64,000 nucleotides of DNA, taken from positions 2,400,001 to 2,464,000 of the forward strand of contig CAXXMB010000002.1 in assembly GCA_963668675.2 (NCBI GenBank), in the 5' to 3' direction. The notes below the pieces were generated by a model. That model worked only from the letters and a program-made list of their open reading frames with translations, was not told the DNA's origin and ran no database searches. Each line of letters starts with the position of its first letter. Within the stretch, counting starts at the first letter, position 1. This DNA comes from an uncultured Desulfatitalea sp. Lineage in GTDB: Bacteria; Desulfobacterota; Desulfobacteria; Desulfobacterales; Desulfosarcinaceae. Position numbers and translations under genes: made by a program. This document shows, in pieces, positions 1 to 12,107 of this stretch.

Positions 1-152
1 GCGATTTGGCCGGGTTCAAGGACCATGGGGTGCTCCAGCGTCGCACAAATATCCATTCCAGCCGCATGGGCCGTCATGTAACGGGGCAAGGGAATGTCCT
101 GGTCGCGGTCGGGGTGCAGGCGTTTGAATGCAATAGCAGGTTCAGGGGGCAT
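1..152 (-). CDS. dut: dUTP diphosphatase, N-terminal part (runs off the window edge)
   Basis: Manual translation [38 protein letters not shown]... contains the dUTPase motif-1 pattern LPxY.T..AAG.D. Position after pnp and the M16 peptidase is typical. Confidence 0.9.
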   Translation of the reverse strand, partial: MPPEPAIAFKRLHPDRDQDIPLPRYMTAHAAGMDICATLEHPMVLEPGQI

Positions 153-174
153 GGCGTAGTAAGAAGTAGCGTTT

Positions 175-257
175 AAAGTGTTAAGTCTAAAGGGAAGGAA
201 TTCTGTCATTTAAGTTTTTCGATAGATAGCATACCTTCACTTAAAACTTAACACTTT
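175..257. repeat. AT-rich imperfect inverted repeat with short-period arms
   Basis: aaagtgttaagtctaaagggaagg (175-198) pairs with ccttcacttaaaacttaacacttt (234-257), 3 mismatches in 24. Confidence 0.7.
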
Positions 258-267
258 CCGCTTTAAA

Positions 268-1524
268 CTATTTTTCAAATATTCCTTCCAGGCCGCCGAT
301 GCTCTCAACTGGCCCAAGCATTGTAAGGGCACTTTGATCACTTTTAAAAAGCCCTTCGGACGCCGTCCGGATGTCTTCAACGGTGACGGCCTCTATCTTG
401 TCGACCACCTTTTCAACGGGTACATATTTCCCGAAATGGATCTCATTCTGGGCCAGTCGGACCATTTGATTGTCGACACTCTCTGCGGCCAGGAGCAGGT
501 TACCCTTGGTGTACTCTTTGGCATCCTGCAATTCATCATCGGATACCGGTGCATTGCCGAGCTCGCGCACAGACGTCATGATCAATTCGATTGCCTGTGA
601 GGCCTTGTCGGCATTTACGGCGGTATAGACGCCAAACATCCCCGTGTCCACGTGAGACATTAAGAAGGAGTAGACCGAGTAAGCCAGGCCCCGCTTTTCC
701 CGAATCTCCTGGAAAAGACGCGAGCTCATATTACCGCCGAGGATGGTGTTCATCAACGAAAAGGCGAACCGGCGCGGGTCGGTGACCGAAAGCCCCATGG
801 TGGACATGCAGATATGGACCTGCTCAAGGGTGCGCTCCTGGCGGCCGGTTATGGGCCGTATTGCGGGGCGGGTGCGCTTTGGCAGGGGGTGGCCGTTGTG
901 AATTGTGCCGAAGGTTGGTCCGACCAGCTCCACAAAACGGTCATGGCTCACATTGCCGGCCGCGGAGATGACAATTCTCTCCGGATGGTAGAGCCGTTGG
1001 AAATAGGCTTTGATGGACTCGGCCGAGAAACCGAGAACGTGATCCCGGGTTCCGAGGATCGAGCGGCCCAGCGGGTGGTCGCCCCAGAAGTGGCTCCCGG
1101 CCAGGACGTGCACAAACTCCTCGGGTGTGTCTTCGACCATGCCGATCTCTTGAAAGATGACCGGCCGCTCGCGCTCGACCTCTTCGGGGGCAAAGATCGA
1201 GTTGAGAAAGATGTCCGAGAGGATGTCCACCATGGTGTCGAGGTGGCTGTCCATGACCCGTGCATGGTAGCACGTGTTCTCCATGGAGGTGAAGGCGTTG
1301 GTGTGGCCGCCGATGGCGTCGAACGCCTTTGCGATTTGATATGCGCTACGGCGGGCCGTCCCCTTGAAGATCATGTGTTCAATGAAATGGGACAGCCCGC
1401 TCTCTTCGTCTGATTCGTCTCTGGCACCCACATCGACCCATACGCCCATGGAGACGGATCGAACATGGGGCATCTGTCTGGAGACGATGCGGACGCCGTT
1501 GGGCAGTCGGGTCTTATTCACCAC
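268..1524 (-). CDS. M16 (pitrilysin/insulinase) family zinc peptidase
   Basis: Inverted zinc motif [16 protein letters not shown], and [16 protein letters not shown]. Confidence 0.95.
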   Translation of the reverse strand: MVNKTRLPNGVRIVSRQMPHVRSVSMGVWVDVGARDESDEESGLSHFIEHMIFKGTARRSAYQIAKAFDAIGGHTNAFTSMENTCYHARVMDSHLDTMVDILSDIFLNSIFAPEEVERERPVIFQEIGMVEDTPEEFVHVLAGSHFWGDHPLGRSILGTRDHVLGFSAESIKAYFQRLYHPERIVISAAGNVSHDRFVELVGPTFGTIHNGHPLPKRTRPAIRPITGRQERTLEQVHICMSTMGLSVTDPRRFAFSLMNTILGGNMSSRLFQEIREKRGLAYSVYSFLMSHVDTGMFGVYTAVNADKASQAIELIMTSVRELGNAPVSDDELQDAKEYTKGNLLLAAESVDNQMVRLAQNEIHFGKYVPVEKVVDKIEAVTVEDIRTASEGLFKSDQSALTMLGPVESIGGLEGIFEK

Positions 1525-3613
1525 CTTTGTTCTTTTCCTCTTCCAGTGCTGCTTTGAGGCTCAGACGGATGCGGCCGTCCTGGGAGACCTCCAGCACTTT
1601 GACACGGATGATATCCCCCTCTTTGACCACATCGGTCACCTTGGCCACCCGTCGGTTGGCCAACTGGGAGATGTGAACCAACCCGTCGGTGCCGGGAGCC
1701 AGCTGTACAAAGGCACCGAAATCGGTTGTTTTAACGACTTTTCCTTCGTAGATTCTTCCCTCTTCAGGATCCATGGCAATGGCTTGGATCTGCTCCAGGG
1801 CTGCCTTGCCTTCAGCCTCGTTGGTGGCTGCGATTTTAACCAGGCCGCTGTCATCGATCTCCACACGGGTATTGGTCTCGGCCTGGATGGCCCGGACCAC
1901 TTTGCCGCCAGGGCCGATGATATCGCGGATTTTGTCGGGATTGATCTTGATGGTCAGAATTTTGGGTGCGTACTGGGAGATATCCTCCCTGGGCTGGTCG
2001 ATGGCTTCGAGCATCTTGCCCAGGATATGGAGCCTGCCAGCCTTGGCCTGTTCCAGCGCCTTTTCCATGATATCCTTGGATAACTCTTTGATTTTTATGT
2101 CCATTTGAAGGGCCGTGATGCCGTCCCGTGTTCCGGTGACCTTGAAATCCATGTCGCCGGTATGGTCTTCATCACCCAAAATATCGGAGAGAATTACCAC
2201 CTGGTCCCCCTCTTTGACCAAGCCCATGGCGATACCCGATACCGGCGCTTTGATCGGTACGCCACCGTCCATCAGGGCCAAGATACCGGAACAGACGGTT
2301 CCCATCGAGGAGGAGCCGTTGGATTCCAACACTTCGGACACCAACCGGATGGTGTAGTCAAAGTCTTCCCGGTCCGGAAGAACCCTCTCTATGGCGCGGG
2401 TCGAGAGCCCGCCGTGACCGATATCGCGGCGGCTGGGGGAGCCAACCCGTTTCACCTCGCCCACAGAATATGGCGGGAAATTGTAGTGCAGCATGAACGG
2501 GCGCATCTCTTCGCCGCTGAGCGTCTCCACGCGTTGTTCATCCTGACCCGACCCCAGGGTGAGCACGCCGAGCACCTGGGTCTCGCCGCGTGTAAAGAGC
2601 GCGCTGCCGTGGGGACGGGGAAGCAGGCCCACCTCGCAGGAGATCGGACGGATTTCGTCGAATTTACGACCGTCGATGCGCCGTCCCTCTTTAAGGATCA
2701 TATCCCGGGAGATCCGTTTCTGCAGATCGCCCAGAATCTCCATGCATTCACCTCTGCGCTCGGCAAACGTTTCGCCCAGACCTTCGAAAATTTCCGCCTT
2801 CAGCGCACGCATGGTGCTGTAGCGCTCCATCTTCTCCGCTATGGTGAGCGTCTGGCGGATTCGATCGCTTGCGGCCGCTTCCAATTGGGCTGCCAAGGCT
2901 TCGTCTTTCTGCGGAGGCTCAAAGGGGCGTTTGGGTTTGCCGAGGGCTGCGCGGAGCTCCTCCTGGATGTCGATAAGCGGTTTCAAGGCTTCATGGCCGA
3001 AGAATATCCCTGCCAACATGTCCGCTTCCGATACGACTTGGGAACCGCCTTCCACCATGACGACCCCGGTTTTTGAGCCGGCCACGACAAGGTTGATATC
3101 TGACGCCTCGATCTGCGCTATGGTGGGGTTGGCGATAAACTGGCCCTCCACTCTTCCCACGCGGACACAGGCGATGGGGCCATCGAACTGGATGTCCGAA
3201 ATGGTCAGGGCCGCTGAAGCACCCACCATCGCCAATACGTCTGGATCGTTCTCTTTGTCCATGGAGAGCACCGTGGCAATGACCTGGGTTTCGTGACGCC
3301 ACTTTTTGGGAAAGAGCGGCCGAATCGGCCGGTCGATCAAACGCGCCGTAAGGGTCTCCTTTTCACTGGGGCGCCCTATTTCACGGCGGAAATAGTTGCC
3401 GGGGATACGGCCCGCAGCGTAAATTTTTTCCTGATACTCCACCGTCAGGGGTAGAAAATCCGCCTGGCGTTCATCGTGGGCCGCTACCGCTGTGACCAGA
3501 ACTGTGGTTTCGCCATAGCGCACAAGAACGGCACCGTCGGCCTGTTTGGCGACTTTGCCGGATTGGATGATGAGAGGTTTGCCTCCTACGTCGGCTTTTA
3601 CATTGATTTCCAT
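1514..3613 (-). CDS. pnp: Polyribonucleotide nucleotidyltransferase (PNPase)
   Basis: Two RNase PH domains ([26 protein letters not shown]) plus KH and S1 domains. Confidence 0.99.
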   Translation of the reverse strand: MEINVKADVGGKPLIIQSGKVAKQADGAVLVRYGETTVLVTAVAAHDERQADFLPLTVEYQEKIYAAGRIPGNYFRREIGRPSEKETLTARLIDRPIRPLFPKKWRHETQVIATVLSMDKENDPDVLAMVGASAALTISDIQFDGPIACVRVGRVEGQFIANPTIAQIEASDINLVVAGSKTGVVMVEGGSQVVSEADMLAGIFFGHEALKPLIDIQEELRAALGKPKRPFEPPQKDEALAAQLEAAASDRIRQTLTIAEKMERYSTMRALKAEIFEGLGETFAERRGECMEILGDLQKRISRDMILKEGRRIDGRKFDEIRPISCEVGLLPRPHGSALFTRGETQVLGVLTLGSGQDEQRVETLSGEEMRPFMLHYNFPPYSVGEVKRVGSPSRRDIGHGGLSTRAIERVLPDREDFDYTIRLVSEVLESNGSSSMGTVCSGILALMDGGVPIKAPVSGIAMGLVKEGDQVVILSDILGDEDHTGDMDFKVTGTRDGITALQMDIKIKELSKDIMEKALEQAKAGRLHILGKMLEAIDQPREDISQYAPKILTIKINPDKIRDIIGPGGKVVRAIQAETNTRVEIDDSGLVKIAATNEAEGKAALEQIQAIAMDPEEGRIYEGKVVKTTDFGAFVQLAPGTDGLVHISQLANRRVAKVTDVVKEGDIIRVKVLEVSQDGRIRLSLKAALEEEKNKGGE

Positions 3614-3952
3614 TCAATTTCTCCTGCTTGATGTCTTTCTTTAAATGGGCAGCTTGTGGACCGGATTGCGTTTGTCGGCGACGCCTTGCCGCACAATGCG
3701 AGGGCGTCGGGTTTTGAAATCACTCCGTTCAAATCGCGGGAAGAACCACCGATGCGTTTTTGTCGCCGGTGAGCGCGAAGATTCTGACCGTACAAGAACC
3801 CAAATCTGGGCCGCTGTTCGCAGATCCCACGTCATGCCTGGGGATCCCACTGGTAGATGGGCACTTCTGATGGTGCGGCCTTTCATGAAACAAACGGTAT
3901 CAGCTGCCTGCTGTTTCCGATAAGCATCTCTATCGGCCGTGAGTATATGCCA

Positions 3953-4014
3953 AGCGCCAAAGACCGGCGGCACCGCACCCTTCGGATGCGCTGGTGCTCC
4001 GGTCTCTGGCCGCT
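3953..4014 (-). promoter_or_regulatory. Long imperfect stem-loop in the rpsO-pnp intergenic region
   Basis: agcgccaaagaccggcggcaccgcaccc-ttcg-gatgcgctggtgctccggtctctggccgct folds into one interrupted stem. Confidence 0.55.
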
Positions 4015-4038
4015 GGTGTAAACGGTTGAACGATTGGA

Positions 4039-4308
4039 CTATCTACGGAGTCCTAACGTTTCGATAATGGTACGATATCTCTGCACATCGTTCTTTTTTA
4101 CGTAGTTGAGCAACCGGCGGCGGCGACCGACCAACATCAACAACCCGCGGCGTGAGTGGTGATCCTTCTTGTGAACCTTCAGGTGCTCGGTGAGATATGT
4201 AATCCTATGGCTGAGCAACCCGATTTGCACCTCCGGGCTTCCGGTATCAGTGTCGTGCAGTTTGTGTTGTTCGATCAACTGTTTTTTATCTTCTGTCGTG
4301 AATACCAC
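4039..4308 (-). CDS. rpsO: 30S ribosomal protein S15
   Basis: DTGSPEVQI...[12 protein letters not shown]...LGLRR. Confidence 0.99.
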   Translation of the reverse strand: MVFTTEDKKQLIEQHKLHDTDTGSPEVQIGLLSHRITYLTEHLKVHKKDHHSRRGLLMLVGRRRRLLNYVKKNDVQRYRTIIETLGLRR

Positions 4309-4357
4309 TTTTGAGTTCCTCCTTATTTACGAACCGATTCGGGCAGTTTGCTATGAA

Positions 4358-5269
4358 TCATTTAAAAACACAACAATAAATGTACGTGCCGCTCTCAGAT
4401 GACCATTTGATCACCGCCCTCAGCCGGTTGGACCGGTCCACGACCTTGAGGTAATCGGCTGGGCAGTTCACCGGATCCCTTCCCGTAAACGGTTCGGGAG
4501 GGAGCGGTCGGCCGTGACTGATATGCGTCACCATCTCATCATCTGCACTGAAAGCCGGCATATCCCTCAGCGCTTCGGCCATGGGGACTATCACATCCCC
4601 CACTTGTTCGGCCGCATCCATTGCCTTGAGCCTGTCGAGCGCTACCGCCTGATCGAGGCTGAAACCGCAACTCGCAGTGCGCCGCAATTCGGCCAGATGG
4701 GCACCGCATCCCACGGCCTGACCAATGTCGTGGCACAGGGTGCGAACGTAGGTTCCTGCAGAGCAGGCCACCTCGAAACGCACATCCGGCAGCGCAACCT
4801 GAAGGATACGCAGGCTCGTTATGGTCACCGGCCTGGCCGGCTTCTGCACGGGTTGGCCCCGGCGTGCCAGTTTGTACAGCGGCGTCCCCTCATGTTTGAG
4901 GGCCGCATAGACCGGCGGTAGTTGCCACTGCCGGCCCTCAAACTGCTTGAACAGGTTTTCCAGAAATGCCTGTTCAAGTTTCGGCACGGGCGATGTCGCA
5001 ACGATCTGGCCGGTTGCGTCCTGAGTGTCGGTCTCCGATCCCAGCCGCAACAGCCCCTCGTAGCGTTTGCTGCCGTGCAGGAAGAAGCGCGCCAGGCGGG
5101 TGGCCTGATTGATACAGCATATCAGTACGCCAGTGGCGAAGGGGTCCAGCGTACCGGTATGGCCCACTCGGGCGGCTTCCAGTTTTTTTTTCACTTCGGC
5201 CACAACTCTGGCCGAGGTCATGCCCTCCGGCTTATCGACGACAATGATACCGCTCAGGTCACTTCGCAT
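4358..5269 (-). CDS. truB: tRNA pseudouridine(55) synthase
   Basis: GHTGTLDPFATGVL and CSAGTYVRTL motifs; rbfA-truB-rpsO context. Confidence 0.98.
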   Translation of the reverse strand: MRSDLSGIIVVDKPEGMTSARVVAEVKKKLEAARVGHTGTLDPFATGVLICCINQATRLARFFLHGSKRYEGLLRLGSETDTQDATGQIVATSPVPKLEQAFLENLFKQFEGRQWQLPPVYAALKHEGTPLYKLARRGQPVQKPARPVTITSLRILQVALPDVRFEVACSAGTYVRTLCHDIGQAVGCGAHLAELRRTASCGFSLDQAVALDRLKAMDAAEQVGDVIVPMAEALRDMPAFSADDEMVTHISHGRPLPPEPFTGRDPVNCPADYLKVVDRSNRLRAVIKWSSESGTYIYCCVFK

Positions 5270-6246
5270 GTGTCGCTGAAAGCTTCGGATAGATCCATGA
5301 GCTCCTTTTTGAGTTCGTTCAAATTGGCCTTGGTGCTGAAACCGGCCGCACCCGCATGGCCTCCGCCGCCGTAATGAGCGGCGATATGGGCGACATCAAC
5401 CCCGCCGTCTGAGCGCAGGCTCACGTGAAACTGCGCTTGTCCTTTGGGCATGCTTCCGTTGGCGGGGAGTTCATGGATCAGCGCCGCCACTTTGACATCT
5501 TCGATGCGGCGGGCGTAGTTGATGATCCCGTCGATATCCTCGGCCTGCGTGCCCGTCTCGCGTAGCATGCGTTGACTCATGGTCATGACGGAGAGCTTGC
5601 CGTTTGGTGAAATCTCCAATGAATCCAGGGCCAGATTGAGCAGTTTGATGCGCCCCAGGGAGTAGGTGCCGTATACGTGCTGGGCTACCTGATAGGGGTC
5701 CGCCCCCATGCTGATCATCCGTTCGCAGATGGCAAATGCCTTGCGATTGGTATTGGAGAAGCGAAACGAGCCGGTGTCGGTCAAGATGCCGGTGTATATG
5801 GCAGTCGCGATGGCGCAATCGATGTTTACCGGCAGGTGTTGGATCAGGTGGTAAATGATCTCCGCTGTGGCGCAGGCATTCACATCGATTATCTGAAGGT
5901 CACCGAACCGGGTGTTGGTCACATGGTGATCGATATTGATGACCAGCGATTTTTGGCAAACGGTCTTGGCGTCTCCGCCGATCCGATCGATGTCGCCGCA
6001 GTCCAGTATCAGGGCGACATCGAATTGCGCATCCGGGTCCAGCCGCTGCTCGATCATGTGAACTGACGGCAGGAAACGGTACACAGCTGGTATGTGGCTC
6101 GGATTGAACAGCTTAACATCCTTGCCCATGGCTTTGAGCGCCAAGCCAAGCGCCAACAGCGATCCGATCGCATCCCCATCCGGATGGGTATGCGAGGCCA
6201 GAAAGAAGCTCCGGTTCCGCTTGATTTGGTTAATGATGGTCTGCAT
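5254..6246 (-). CDS. nrnA: DHH/DHHA1 phosphoesterase (NrnA-type oligoribonuclease/pAp phosphatase)
   Basis: HTHPDGDAIGS, IDHH, GILTDTGSF and GGGGHAGAAG motifs. Confidence 0.9.
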   Translation of the reverse strand: MQTIINQIKRNRSFFLASHTHPDGDAIGSLLALGLALKAMGKDVKLFNPSHIPAVYRFLPSVHMIEQRLDPDAQFDVALILDCGDIDRIGGDAKTVCQKSLVINIDHHVTNTRFGDLQIIDVNACATAEIIYHLIQHLPVNIDCAIATAIYTGILTDTGSFRFSNTNRKAFAICERMISMGADPYQVAQHVYGTYSLGRIKLLNLALDSLEISPNGKLSVMTMSQRMLRETGTQAEDIDGIINYARRIEDVKVAALIHELPANGSMPKGQAQFHVSLRSDGGVDVAHIAAHYGGGGHAGAAGFSTKANLNELKKELMDLSEAFSDTCEVT

Positions 6247-6592
6247 CGTTCTGTTTTACCGTCTTTAACAGCTTTTCTATGCGGGCGCTGTAGTCGATGG
6301 AGGTATCGTAAAAAAATTTAAGGTCCGGCATATATCGCAAACCCAACCGTTGGGCAAGCTCGCGTTTCACAAATCCACGGGCCCTCTCAAAGCCGTCCAC
6401 CGCCTTGTGGCCGGCATCTTCACCCTCGGGGGTGGCGAAATAGATCTTGGCAATACGCAGGTCGCGGCTCATCTTTACACCGGTAATGGTGACCCCGGCC
6501 AGTCGTGGATCGTTGATCTGCTTCTGCAGCAACTCGGCCATGGTCTCCTTGATCAAGCCGCCCACGCGGTCGCTACGCGAATAAGGTTTCAT
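6230..6592 (-). CDS. rbfA: Ribosome-binding factor A
   Basis: INDPRL...VKMSRDLRIAKIY...LRYMPDLKFFYD. Alternative GTG start at 6601. Confidence 0.97.
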   Translation of the reverse strand: MKPYSRSDRVGGLIKETMAELLQKQINDPRLAGVTITGVKMSRDLRIAKIYFATPEGEDAGHKAVDGFERARGFVKRELAQRLGLRYMPDLKFFYDTSIDYSARIEKLLKTVKQNDADHH

Positions 6593-6610
6593 ATCAATCA
6601 CCGTTACCGG

Positions 6611-6898
6611 TTACAGATGGATGATCTCCATCTCCGTATCGATCATTTCGGCCAAACCCAGATCCTCGACAAAGTTGATCAATTTGTCGATTTTAGCGTT
6701 GATCACTTTGTGATCCGCGCCGGCCATGGCAAATCCGATCTGGGCGCGTTGGTGAACATCGTTGGCCCCCACCTCGGCCACCGAGGCGTTGAAGTGGTTG
6801 CGGGCCTGATGGATGATCGTCTTGACGATGCCCCGTTTGGTTTTCAATGAGCGGCATTCGTGCAATCGAAACGTGAGCACCCCGATGCCCACCACCAT
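6611..6898 (-). CDS. DUF503 (YlxP-like) protein
   Basis: MVVG...SLKTKRGIVK...FNASVAEVG.ND.HQRA; lies between infB and rbfA. Confidence 0.9.
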   Translation of the reverse strand: MVVGIGVLTFRLHECRSLKTKRGIVKTIIHQARNHFNASVAEVGANDVHQRAQIGFAMAGADHKVINAKIDKLINFVEDLGLAEMIDTEMEIIHL

Positions 6899-6931
6899 GT
6901 GTGCCCGGGCTGATGATCTCTTGGGCATCTC

Positions 6932-9655
6932 TTAATCGACTTCCGGTTTGATCTCCTCCAGATAGTAGGCCTCGATCACGTCGCCGACCTTGATGTCGTT
7001 ATAATTTTCAAGTCCAATGCCGCATTCGTATCCGCTCTGCACCTCTTTGACATCATCTTTGAAACGCCGCAGCGAGGTGTTTTTGCCCTCGTAAATGATC
7101 ACCCCGTCACGAAGCAGCCGGGAGAGCTGACCCCTTTCGATTTTACCGTCGGTCACATAAGAGCCGGCAATCGCTCCCACTTTGGGGATATGGAACACTT
7201 CGCGAACCTCGGCACGGCCAAGGGAGTGCTCCTCGAAGGTTGATTTCATCATGCCGACGATAGCGTCTTTAATCTCTTTAATGACGTTGTAGATGATGTT
7301 GTGGTAGCGGATATCGACATTCTCTTCGCTGGCCAACTCCTGCACTTTCGGATTGGCCCGAACGTTAAATCCGATGATAATGGCTTCGGAGACCGCTGCC
7401 AGAGAGATGTCCGATTCGGTAATGGTGCCGGTGGCCGAGTGCATAATATTGATGGCCACCTCCTCGTTGGAGAGTTTGAGCAGCGAGTCGCGGATCGCCT
7501 CCATGGAACCGTCCACGTCGGCCTTGATAATCACGTTGAGGTCTTTGACTTCTCCCTCTTGCATGCGTTCGTAGAGTTTTTCGAGGCTCAGGCGGCTGGT
7601 CTTGGCCAACTCTTTGGAACGCTGCTTCTGACTGCGGTACTGGCTGACCTGCTTGGCGTCCTTTTCATCCTTGAGGGCCACCATCTCATCACCGGCCATG
7701 GGTACGCCCGAAAGGCCGATCACCTCCACCGGATACGATGGGCCGGCATCATCGACTTTTTGGCCGTAGTCATCCAGCAGGGCTCGCACTTTTCCGTGGT
7801 GCACGCCGCAAACTACCGCATCGCCCGCGTGTAGTGTGCCCTCCTTGACCAATACGGTGGCAACCGGGCCTCGCCCGGAATCCAACTTGGCTTCAACCAC
7901 ATGGCCCACCGCCAGTTTGTTGGGGTTGGCCTTTAACTCGAGCAGCTCGGCCTGCAGAAGGATCATCTCCATCAGATCGTCAATGCCGGTCTGCTGCTTG
8001 GCCGACACCTGGACGAAGATGGTGTCGCCGCCCCAATCCTCCGATGTAACGCCTACCTCTGAGAGCTGGCGCTGAACGCGGTCGGGGTTGGCATCGGCTT
8101 TGTCGATTTTATTGACCGCAACAATGATGGGAACTTTGGCGGCCTTGGCGTGGTTGATGGCCTCCACCGTTTGGGGCATCACGCCGTCATCGGCGGCGAC
8201 CACCAAAATGACGATGTCGGTGATATGCGCGCCGCGGGAGCGCATGGCCGAAAAGGCCTCATGGCCCGGGGTATCCAGAAAAGCGATGTTGCCCCTGTCC
8301 GTGCCCACCAAATAGGCGCCGATATGTTGCGTGATGCCGCCGGCTTCACCCGCCGTGACGCGCGACTTGCGGATCACGTCCAGCAGCGATGTCTTGCCGT
8401 GGTCAACGTGCCCCATGATAGTCACCACCGGCGGCCTTGGCTTTAGCGTATCGGGATCGTCTGTCTGGGTAGTCTGCAAAATGGTCTCCTCTTCGAAGGC
8501 GGCCTTTTCCACTTCATAATCGAATTCGGAGGCCACCAGGGTGGCCGTATCGTAATCGATGGTTTGATTGACTGTCACCATGACCCCCATGCCCATCAGC
8601 TTGGCAATCATTTCGCCGGCCTTGATGCCCATGCGTTTGGCCAGATCGGACAGGATAATGGTTTCGTCGATACGGACACGCCGCTTAATGGCCTTTGCCG
8701 TTGTGATCTGGGTTTTTTGGGCTGCCGGCTGGGCCTTCATCTTAGCGCCCTTACGCCCTTTTCTGGGGCGTGCGCGATCATAGAGGTCAGCTCCCTCAAC
8801 GACCTCTTTTTTCCGGAAGGAGATCTTTTTCTTCAGGAACTTCTTGTCCTGCAGGGATTCCTCGTCAGCGACTTTTTTCTTCCCCTTCTTCTTGGGCCGG
8901 TCGGCTCTGGCTGGTACCGGTCCTTCTCCGGCCTTGGGAGGCGCCGGTCGAGAGGGTGTGGTACGAGAAGGTGTGGTACGAGAAGGTGTGGGTTCGGGTT
9001 CGGGCTCGGGTGCCACCGGGCGCTCCGGGAGTTTAATGATTTTAGCGGCCGCCTCCTTCTTCTTTTTCTTGCCTTTGGCCACAACTTTCGTCGTGCTTTC
9101 CGCCTCGGGCTGAGGCTCGGCTGTTGGGGGGGGCTCCTCGGCGGTGGCTTCGGCTGCCGGTTCGGCCGCTTCGGCCTTTGCCTCTGGCGCTTCGGCCTCC
9201 TGAAGCTCCTGTGTCTCAACAGACGCCTCCTTCGCTTCTACCGGCGCCGGTTGTTCTTCTTCTACCGTTTCGGCCTCGGGCTCGGCCTCGGGCTCCTCCG
9301 GTTCGGCTTTTTCCGCTTCAACCACCTTCTCCGGCGTCTCTTCAACAGGTGTCGGCTCAGGCTCTTCAGGTGCTTCAGTTGCTTCGACCTCCACGGCCGG
9401 CGCCTCTTCATCAGGCGTCTCCTCGACGACTTTGCGGCGCCTGCGAATAACCGTAGGTCTGACACGCTTCTCTTCCAGCTCGGGTGCGGGACCGCCTTGG
9501 ATGAAATTTCGGATCTTCTCTTCCACCTCTTCGCCGACCGCACTCATATGGGAGTTCAGGCCAAGATCGAGCGGGCTGATCGTATCAAGCAGATCCTTAT
9601 TGGTCATATTGAGCTCGCGTGCCAGCTCGTATACTCTCTTCTTGGTTTGTATCAT
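6932..9655 (-). CDS. infB: Translation initiation factor IF-2
   Basis: [24 protein letters not shown] and [12 protein letters not shown] motifs. Confidence 0.99.
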   Translation of the reverse strand: MIQTKKRVYELARELNMTNKDLLDTISPLDLGLNSHMSAVGEEVEEKIRNFIQGGPAPELEEKRVRPTVIRRRRKVVEETPDEEAPAVEVEATEAPEEPEPTPVEETPEKVVEAEKAEPEEPEAEPEAETVEEEQPAPVEAKEASVETQELQEAEAPEAKAEAAEPAAEATAEEPPPTAEPQPEAESTTKVVAKGKKKKKEAAAKIIKLPERPVAPEPEPEPTPSRTTPSRTTPSRPAPPKAGEGPVPARADRPKKKGKKKVADEESLQDKKFLKKKISFRKKEVVEGADLYDRARPRKGRKGAKMKAQPAAQKTQITTAKAIKRRVRIDETIILSDLAKRMGIKAGEMIAKLMGMGVMVTVNQTIDYDTATLVASEFDYEVEKAAFEEETILQTTQTDDPDTLKPRPPVVTIMGHVDHGKTSLLDVIRKSRVTAGEAGGITQHIGAYLVGTDRGNIAFLDTPGHEAFSAMRSRGAHITDIVILVVAADDGVMPQTVEAINHAKAAKVPIIVAVNKIDKADANPDRVQRQLSEVGVTSEDWGGDTIFVQVSAKQQTGIDDLMEMILLQAELLELKANPNKLAVGHVVEAKLDSGRGPVATVLVKEGTLHAGDAVVCGVHHGKVRALLDDYGQKVDDAGPSYPVEVIGLSGVPMAGDEMVALKDEKDAKQVSQYRSQKQRSKELAKTSRLSLEKLYERMQEGEVKDLNVIIKADVDGSMEAIRDSLLKLSNEEVAINIMHSATGTITESDISLAAVSEAIIIGFNVRANPKVQELASEENVDIRYHNIIYNVIKEIKDAIVGMMKSTFEEHSLGRAEVREVFHIPKVGAIAGSYVTDGKIERGQLSRLLRDGVIIYEGKNTSLRRFKDDVKEVQSGYECGIGLENYNDIKVGDVIEAYYLEEIKPEVD
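8949..8990. repeat. In-frame 15-bp tandem repeat in the infB linker ([14 protein letters not shown])
   Basis: cgagagggtgtggta cgagaaggtgtggta cgagaaggtgtg. Confidence 0.8.
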
Positions 9656-9717
9656 CCATCCCCCTTAACTTGGTTGTCCTTGCCGTCTCCCGGCACTCTC
9701 TTCCGTTCCGCTTCCGG

Positions 9718-11175
9718 CTAATTTTGGGGCGGTTCCTGTGTTTCGTCAGTTTCCACCTGCTCCGGTTCACTCTGCTCGTCAGGTGGATCGGCTTCGCTGT
9801 CCGACGATTCGGTGTCTGCCTCCGTATCTGTCTCATTTGAGATAGGATCTGCGCTTGGATCAGAGCCTTGGTCAGAGCTTGGGGCCACCGCTTCAGGGGT
9901 TTCTTTTACCTCGGCTTCCTGCGCTGCCGCCTCTTCTGCTCTGTCGACGGCATCCTGTGCCTTGGCAATCAACTGTTTGGCTTTCTCTTCACCGATACCG
10001 CGTATTTGTACAAGATCGTCGATGTCGGCTTCGGACAGCTCTTCGGCTGAATAGAATCCTTTTTCAAACAACGCATCGGCCATGCTGACCCCGACACCGT
10101 CCACCTGGACAAGGGAGTCGTAGCCGTTTTGCATTGCCTGGTTGTATTGGGTCTCACTGTTGACGTCCAGGTGCCAGCCGGTCAATTTGGAGGCCAGGCG
10201 AACGTTTTGTCCGCGCTTGCCTATGGCCACCGAGAGAAATTCATCGGGCACGATCACTTCCATGGCGCGGTTTTCTTCGTCGATGATCACACGGGAAATT
10301 TCGGCCGGCGCCAGGGCGTTGCATACGAATTTGGCTGCATCGACATGCCAGGGAATGATATCGATTTTTTCGCCGCGCAGCTCCTGGACCACATTCTGGA
10401 CCCGGCTGCCCTTCATGCCCACGCAGGCGCCTACCGGATCGATATCCGAGTCCTGTGACGCAACGGCAATCTTGGCACGGCTGCCGGGCTCTCGTGCGGC
10501 ACCTTTGATGTCGACAATGCCTTCTGCGATTTCCGGCACTTCGGTCTTGAACAGAATGACCAGAAAATCCGGGTGGGTCCGGGTCAACACGATCTGGGGG
10601 CCTCTGGTTTCGTACAGCACATCGAGAATTAGCGCCCGGATGCGATCCCCCCGACGATAGCTTTCGCGGGGCACCTGCTCACGGACCGGAACTACGGCTT
10701 CAGTGGCGCCTAGATTCACGATGATATCGCCCCGATCAAAACGCTGGACGATGCCGTTGATGATTTCCCCTTTGCGATCGATGAAGTTGGCATAAACCGC
10801 ATCGCGTTCTGCATCCTTAAGTTTCTGGATGATCACCTGTTTGGCGGACTGGGCGGCGATGCGGCCAAAGGTAGTGGCATCCATCTTGGTTCCCAGGCTG
10901 TCACCAATTTCACAATCGGGATCGAGTCTGCGGCCCTCCGATAGCGTCAACTGTAAATCCGGCTCTTCGATCTCTTCGACGACCTCTTTGAATTGAAAGA
11001 CTTCGATTTCACCCGTCTCTTCGTTGAAGTTGGCTTCAATATCGATTTTGGCGCCATATTTTTTTCTTGCCGCGGACTGCAAGGCCTCCTCCAGTGCCTG
11101 GATCAGGATCTGTCGGTCAATGCCTTTGTCGCGGCTTACTTGTTCGACGACGCGTTTTATGTCTGCTATGAACAT
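9718..11175 (-). CDS. nusA: Transcription termination factor NusA
   Basis: [14 protein letters not shown]1/KH domains ([24 protein letters not shown]), C-terminal HhH and acidic tail. Confidence 0.99.
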   Translation of the reverse strand: MFIADIKRVVEQVSRDKGIDRQILIQALEEALQSAARKKYGAKIDIEANFNEETGEIEVFQFKEVVEEIEEPDLQLTLSEGRRLDPDCEIGDSLGTKMDATTFGRIAAQSAKQVIIQKLKDAERDAVYANFIDRKGEIINGIVQRFDRGDIIVNLGATEAVVPVREQVPRESYRRGDRIRALILDVLYETRGPQIVLTRTHPDFLVILFKTEVPEIAEGIVDIKGAAREPGSRAKIAVASQDSDIDPVGACVGMKGSRVQNVVQELRGEKIDIIPWHVDAAKFVCNALAPAEISRVIIDEENRAMEVIVPDEFLSVAIGKRGQNVRLASKLTGWHLDVNSETQYNQAMQNGYDSLVQVDGVGVSMADALFEKGFYSAEELSEADIDDLVQIRGIGEEKAKQLIAKAQDAVDRAEEAAAQEAEVKETPEAVAPSSDQGSDPSADPISNETDTEADTESSDSEADPPDEQSEPEQVETDETQEPPQN

Positions 11176-11687
11176 GCGTTTTCTCCATTGTGTTGTATAA
11201 GATGCGCTCTGACGATATCGACGAACGCGATGCTCATGGTCCGGTCACCGACTCTGAGCCGAACGTCCGTTCCGTCAACACCTTCCAACGTGCCGGTGAA
11301 ATTTTTTTGTCCATCGACGGCCTTTGCGGTTTTCAATTTGGCCTTACCTCCTCGAAACCGTTGGAAATCATCACGTCTGCCCATGGGGCGAGGCACTCCC
11401 GGCGAGGAGACCTCCATTCGATACGACTCATCCATATCGAGGGCGACATCTAAGATATCACCCAGTTGACGGCTGATATGGGCGCAATCGTCGAGCGTGA
11501 TGCCGTGCGGTTTGTCTATGTAGATCCGCAGTGTCCGCCCGCTCGGTTCACGCTGGTACTCCACATGCACCAGTTCAACACCTTCGCTCAGGCACAACGG
11601 TTCCGCCGCCTGCCAGACGCGACCGATGATGGGATTGGCCGCCATTCCCACCACCTGGGGTATCTCTTCATTGCTTCCCGACGCCAT
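11166..11687 (-). CDS. rimP: Ribosome maturation factor RimP
   Basis: LRIYIDKPHGITLDDC and EVSSPG.RP motifs. Exact start uncertain. Confidence 0.95.
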   Translation of the reverse strand: MASGSNEEIPQVVGMAANPIIGRVWQAAEPLCLSEGVELVHVEYQREPSGRTLRIYIDKPHGITLDDCAHISRQLGDILDVALDMDESYRMEVSSPGVPRPMGRRDDFQRFRGGKAKLKTAKAVDGQKNFTGTLEGVDGTDVRLRVGDRTMSIAFVDIVRAHLIQHNGENACS

Positions 11688-11725
11688 CTGTTCTATCTGC
11701 CTCTCTTGGCCGTCCCCTCTTTGCG

Positions 11726-11754
11726 AAAAAACAAAAACGGGCTTGAAGCCCGTT
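11726..11754 (-). terminator. rimP-leader hairpin with U-tract (attenuator-like)
   Basis: Minus strand aacgggc-ttcaa-gcccgtt followed by tttgtttttt, just upstream of rimP, where a conserved terminator-like leader is known. Confidence 0.7.
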
Positions 11755-11895
11755 CCCCTGCAAAGTAGATCCTTACTGGTAAGGATACGCGTATCCGCTA
11801 TTTGGAACTGATCATCTGAATCATACGCTCAAAGCTGCACCTACTTTGTCTCTACTTTACCCAGTTCGGTTCAGATGAAATACCGGACTTTTTGG

Positions 11896-11971
11896 TGGAG
11901 CGGGCAACGAGATTCGAACTCGCGACACCAAGCTTGGGAAGCTTGTACTCTACCAACTGAGCTATGCCCGC
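11896..11971 (-). tRNA. tRNA-Gly (anticodon CCC)
   Basis: GCGGGCATAGCTCAGTTGGTAGAGTACAAGCTTCCCAAGCTTGGTGTCGCGAGTTCGAATCTCGTTGCCCGCTCCA forms a cloverleaf with anticodon arm CAAGC-TTCCCAA-GCTTG and encoded CCA. Confidence 0.97.
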
Positions 11972-11984
11972 TTACCAGAAGCTC

Positions 11985-12013
11985 TATATAGGACACCCTT
12001 CCAGTGATGTCAA
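11985..12013 (-). promoter_or_regulatory. Sigma70-like promoter for tRNA-Gly
   Basis: TTGACA-17 nt-TATATA directly upstream of the tRNA. Confidence 0.7.
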
Positions 12014-12107
12014 CCGGTTTCAAACGGTTCATTGACATTCAAGATAGCGACTGTTAAGGAATTTCCGGTATTCAGGCAATTCCCCCTTTTCATCTTCCGG
12101 AGCAAGC

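Noticed and set aside
3641..3973. 110-aa ORF in the rpsO-pnp spacer
   Set aside because: No RBS or motifs; it overlaps hairpins that are better explained as leader RNA.
11893..11898. CCACCA at the tRNA-Gly 3' end as a degradation tag or att site
   Set aside because: Probably chance flanking sequence; no integrase nearby and no duplicated tRNA 3' end noticed.
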